Source: a virus. From it: a DNA stretch of 64,000 nt. The notes beneath the pieces were generated by a model that did no database searches, was not told the DNA's origin, and was given only the letters and a program-made list of their open reading frames with translations. The position numbers were made by a program, and so were the translations under genes. Positions 63,546-64,000 of the stretch are shown one piece after another. The stretch lies in the IMG/VR virus record IMGVR_UViG_3300021364_000016, positions 4,494 to 68,493 of that record; one strand, 5' to 3'. Positions within the stretch are counted from its first letter, which is position 1; each line of letters begins with the position of its first letter.

Positions 63546-64000
63546 TTATTCAAAAAATGCATCTAACGACGCCTGTTCTTCTGCCGTCCAACCAACAGCA
63601 TCTAGAATTAGTTGTAGTGGTTCTACAAAAGTTTTTTCAAATTGCTTATCGTAATCTACATAACGATCAAGTTGAAATTCTTTTGGAAGAATATCTGGAA
63701 ACGCAATAACATTCTCTTGAATCGCATTTGGTAGTTTCATGTAAGTAAAGAATATTCTAGAACCGTTTGTAACTAATTCGTATTTCTTCGTAAGTTTATT
63801 TTCTTTGAGACTCTTATTGTAGAGTAAAGAACCGCGAACATGAATCGGCGTACCTTTCTTATAGATAGTCTTACGATCAGACCAATCAGTAATATTCGAC
63901 ACAGATCGAGGAAAAGCTACTCTCTCAGGAGAAAGCGATTCAAATTCTTTCTTAAAATCTTCGATAAACTTTTGAGTTTCCGATTCAGATCCAGATATAA
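63546..64000 (-). CDS. gp43: Family B DNA polymerase gp43, C-terminal part (enters from the right edge)
   Basis: VAFPRSVS, KGTPIHVRG.LLYN, ENVIAF, VDYDKQFEKTF.EPL..IL.A.GW. Confidence 0.92.
   Translation of the reverse strand, partial: ISGSESETQKFIEDFKKEFESLSPERVAFPRSVSNITDWSDRKTIYKKGTPIHVRGSLLYNKSLKENKLTKKYELVTNGSRIFFTYMKLPNAIQENVIAFPDILPKEFQLDRYVDYDKQFEKTFVEPLQLILDAVGWTAEEQASLDAFFE

Overview
A 64-kb AT-rich segment of a T4-like (Tevenvirinae-style/marine myophage) dsDNA phage genome, most likely infecting an alphaproteobacterium (it carries a two-piece, alphaproteobacterial-type tmRNA). Left end: baseplate/tail module (gp27-like, gp53, gp48, gp4, gp2, gp54, gp26/gp51, tape measure), followed by tRNA-Gly/Leu/Arg and a cell-wall hydrolase. 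Middle: early small-gene blocks behind nine near-identical promoter cassettes, gp33/gp32, a ten-gene glycosyl/sulfo/methyltransferase cluster, PhoH, class II RNR, spanins and a long block of probable head-packaged proteins. Right: pstS, tmRNA, a glutamine riboswitch, a BMP-family binding protein, thyX, gp41, UvsX, a dCMP-hydroxymethylase/glycosyltransferase DNA-modification cluster, a primase-like gene and the gp43 C-terminus. The most unusual element is a two-gene unit at 40546-41454: a class II (Asp/Asn/Lys-type) aminoacyl-tRNA-synthetase paralog with no anticodon-binding domain, whose stop codon lies 4 nt from a tRNA built on a tRNA-Leu-like long-variable-arm body but carrying an Asn (GUU) anticodon, U1-A72, G73 and U37. 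Other notable items: a U_UUU_UUA -1 frameshift joining gp26 to gp51, an unidentified ~170-nt structured RNA between tRNAs, and an anti-Shine-Dalgarno hairpin. All family assignments are by eye from motifs and gene order; no searches were run.
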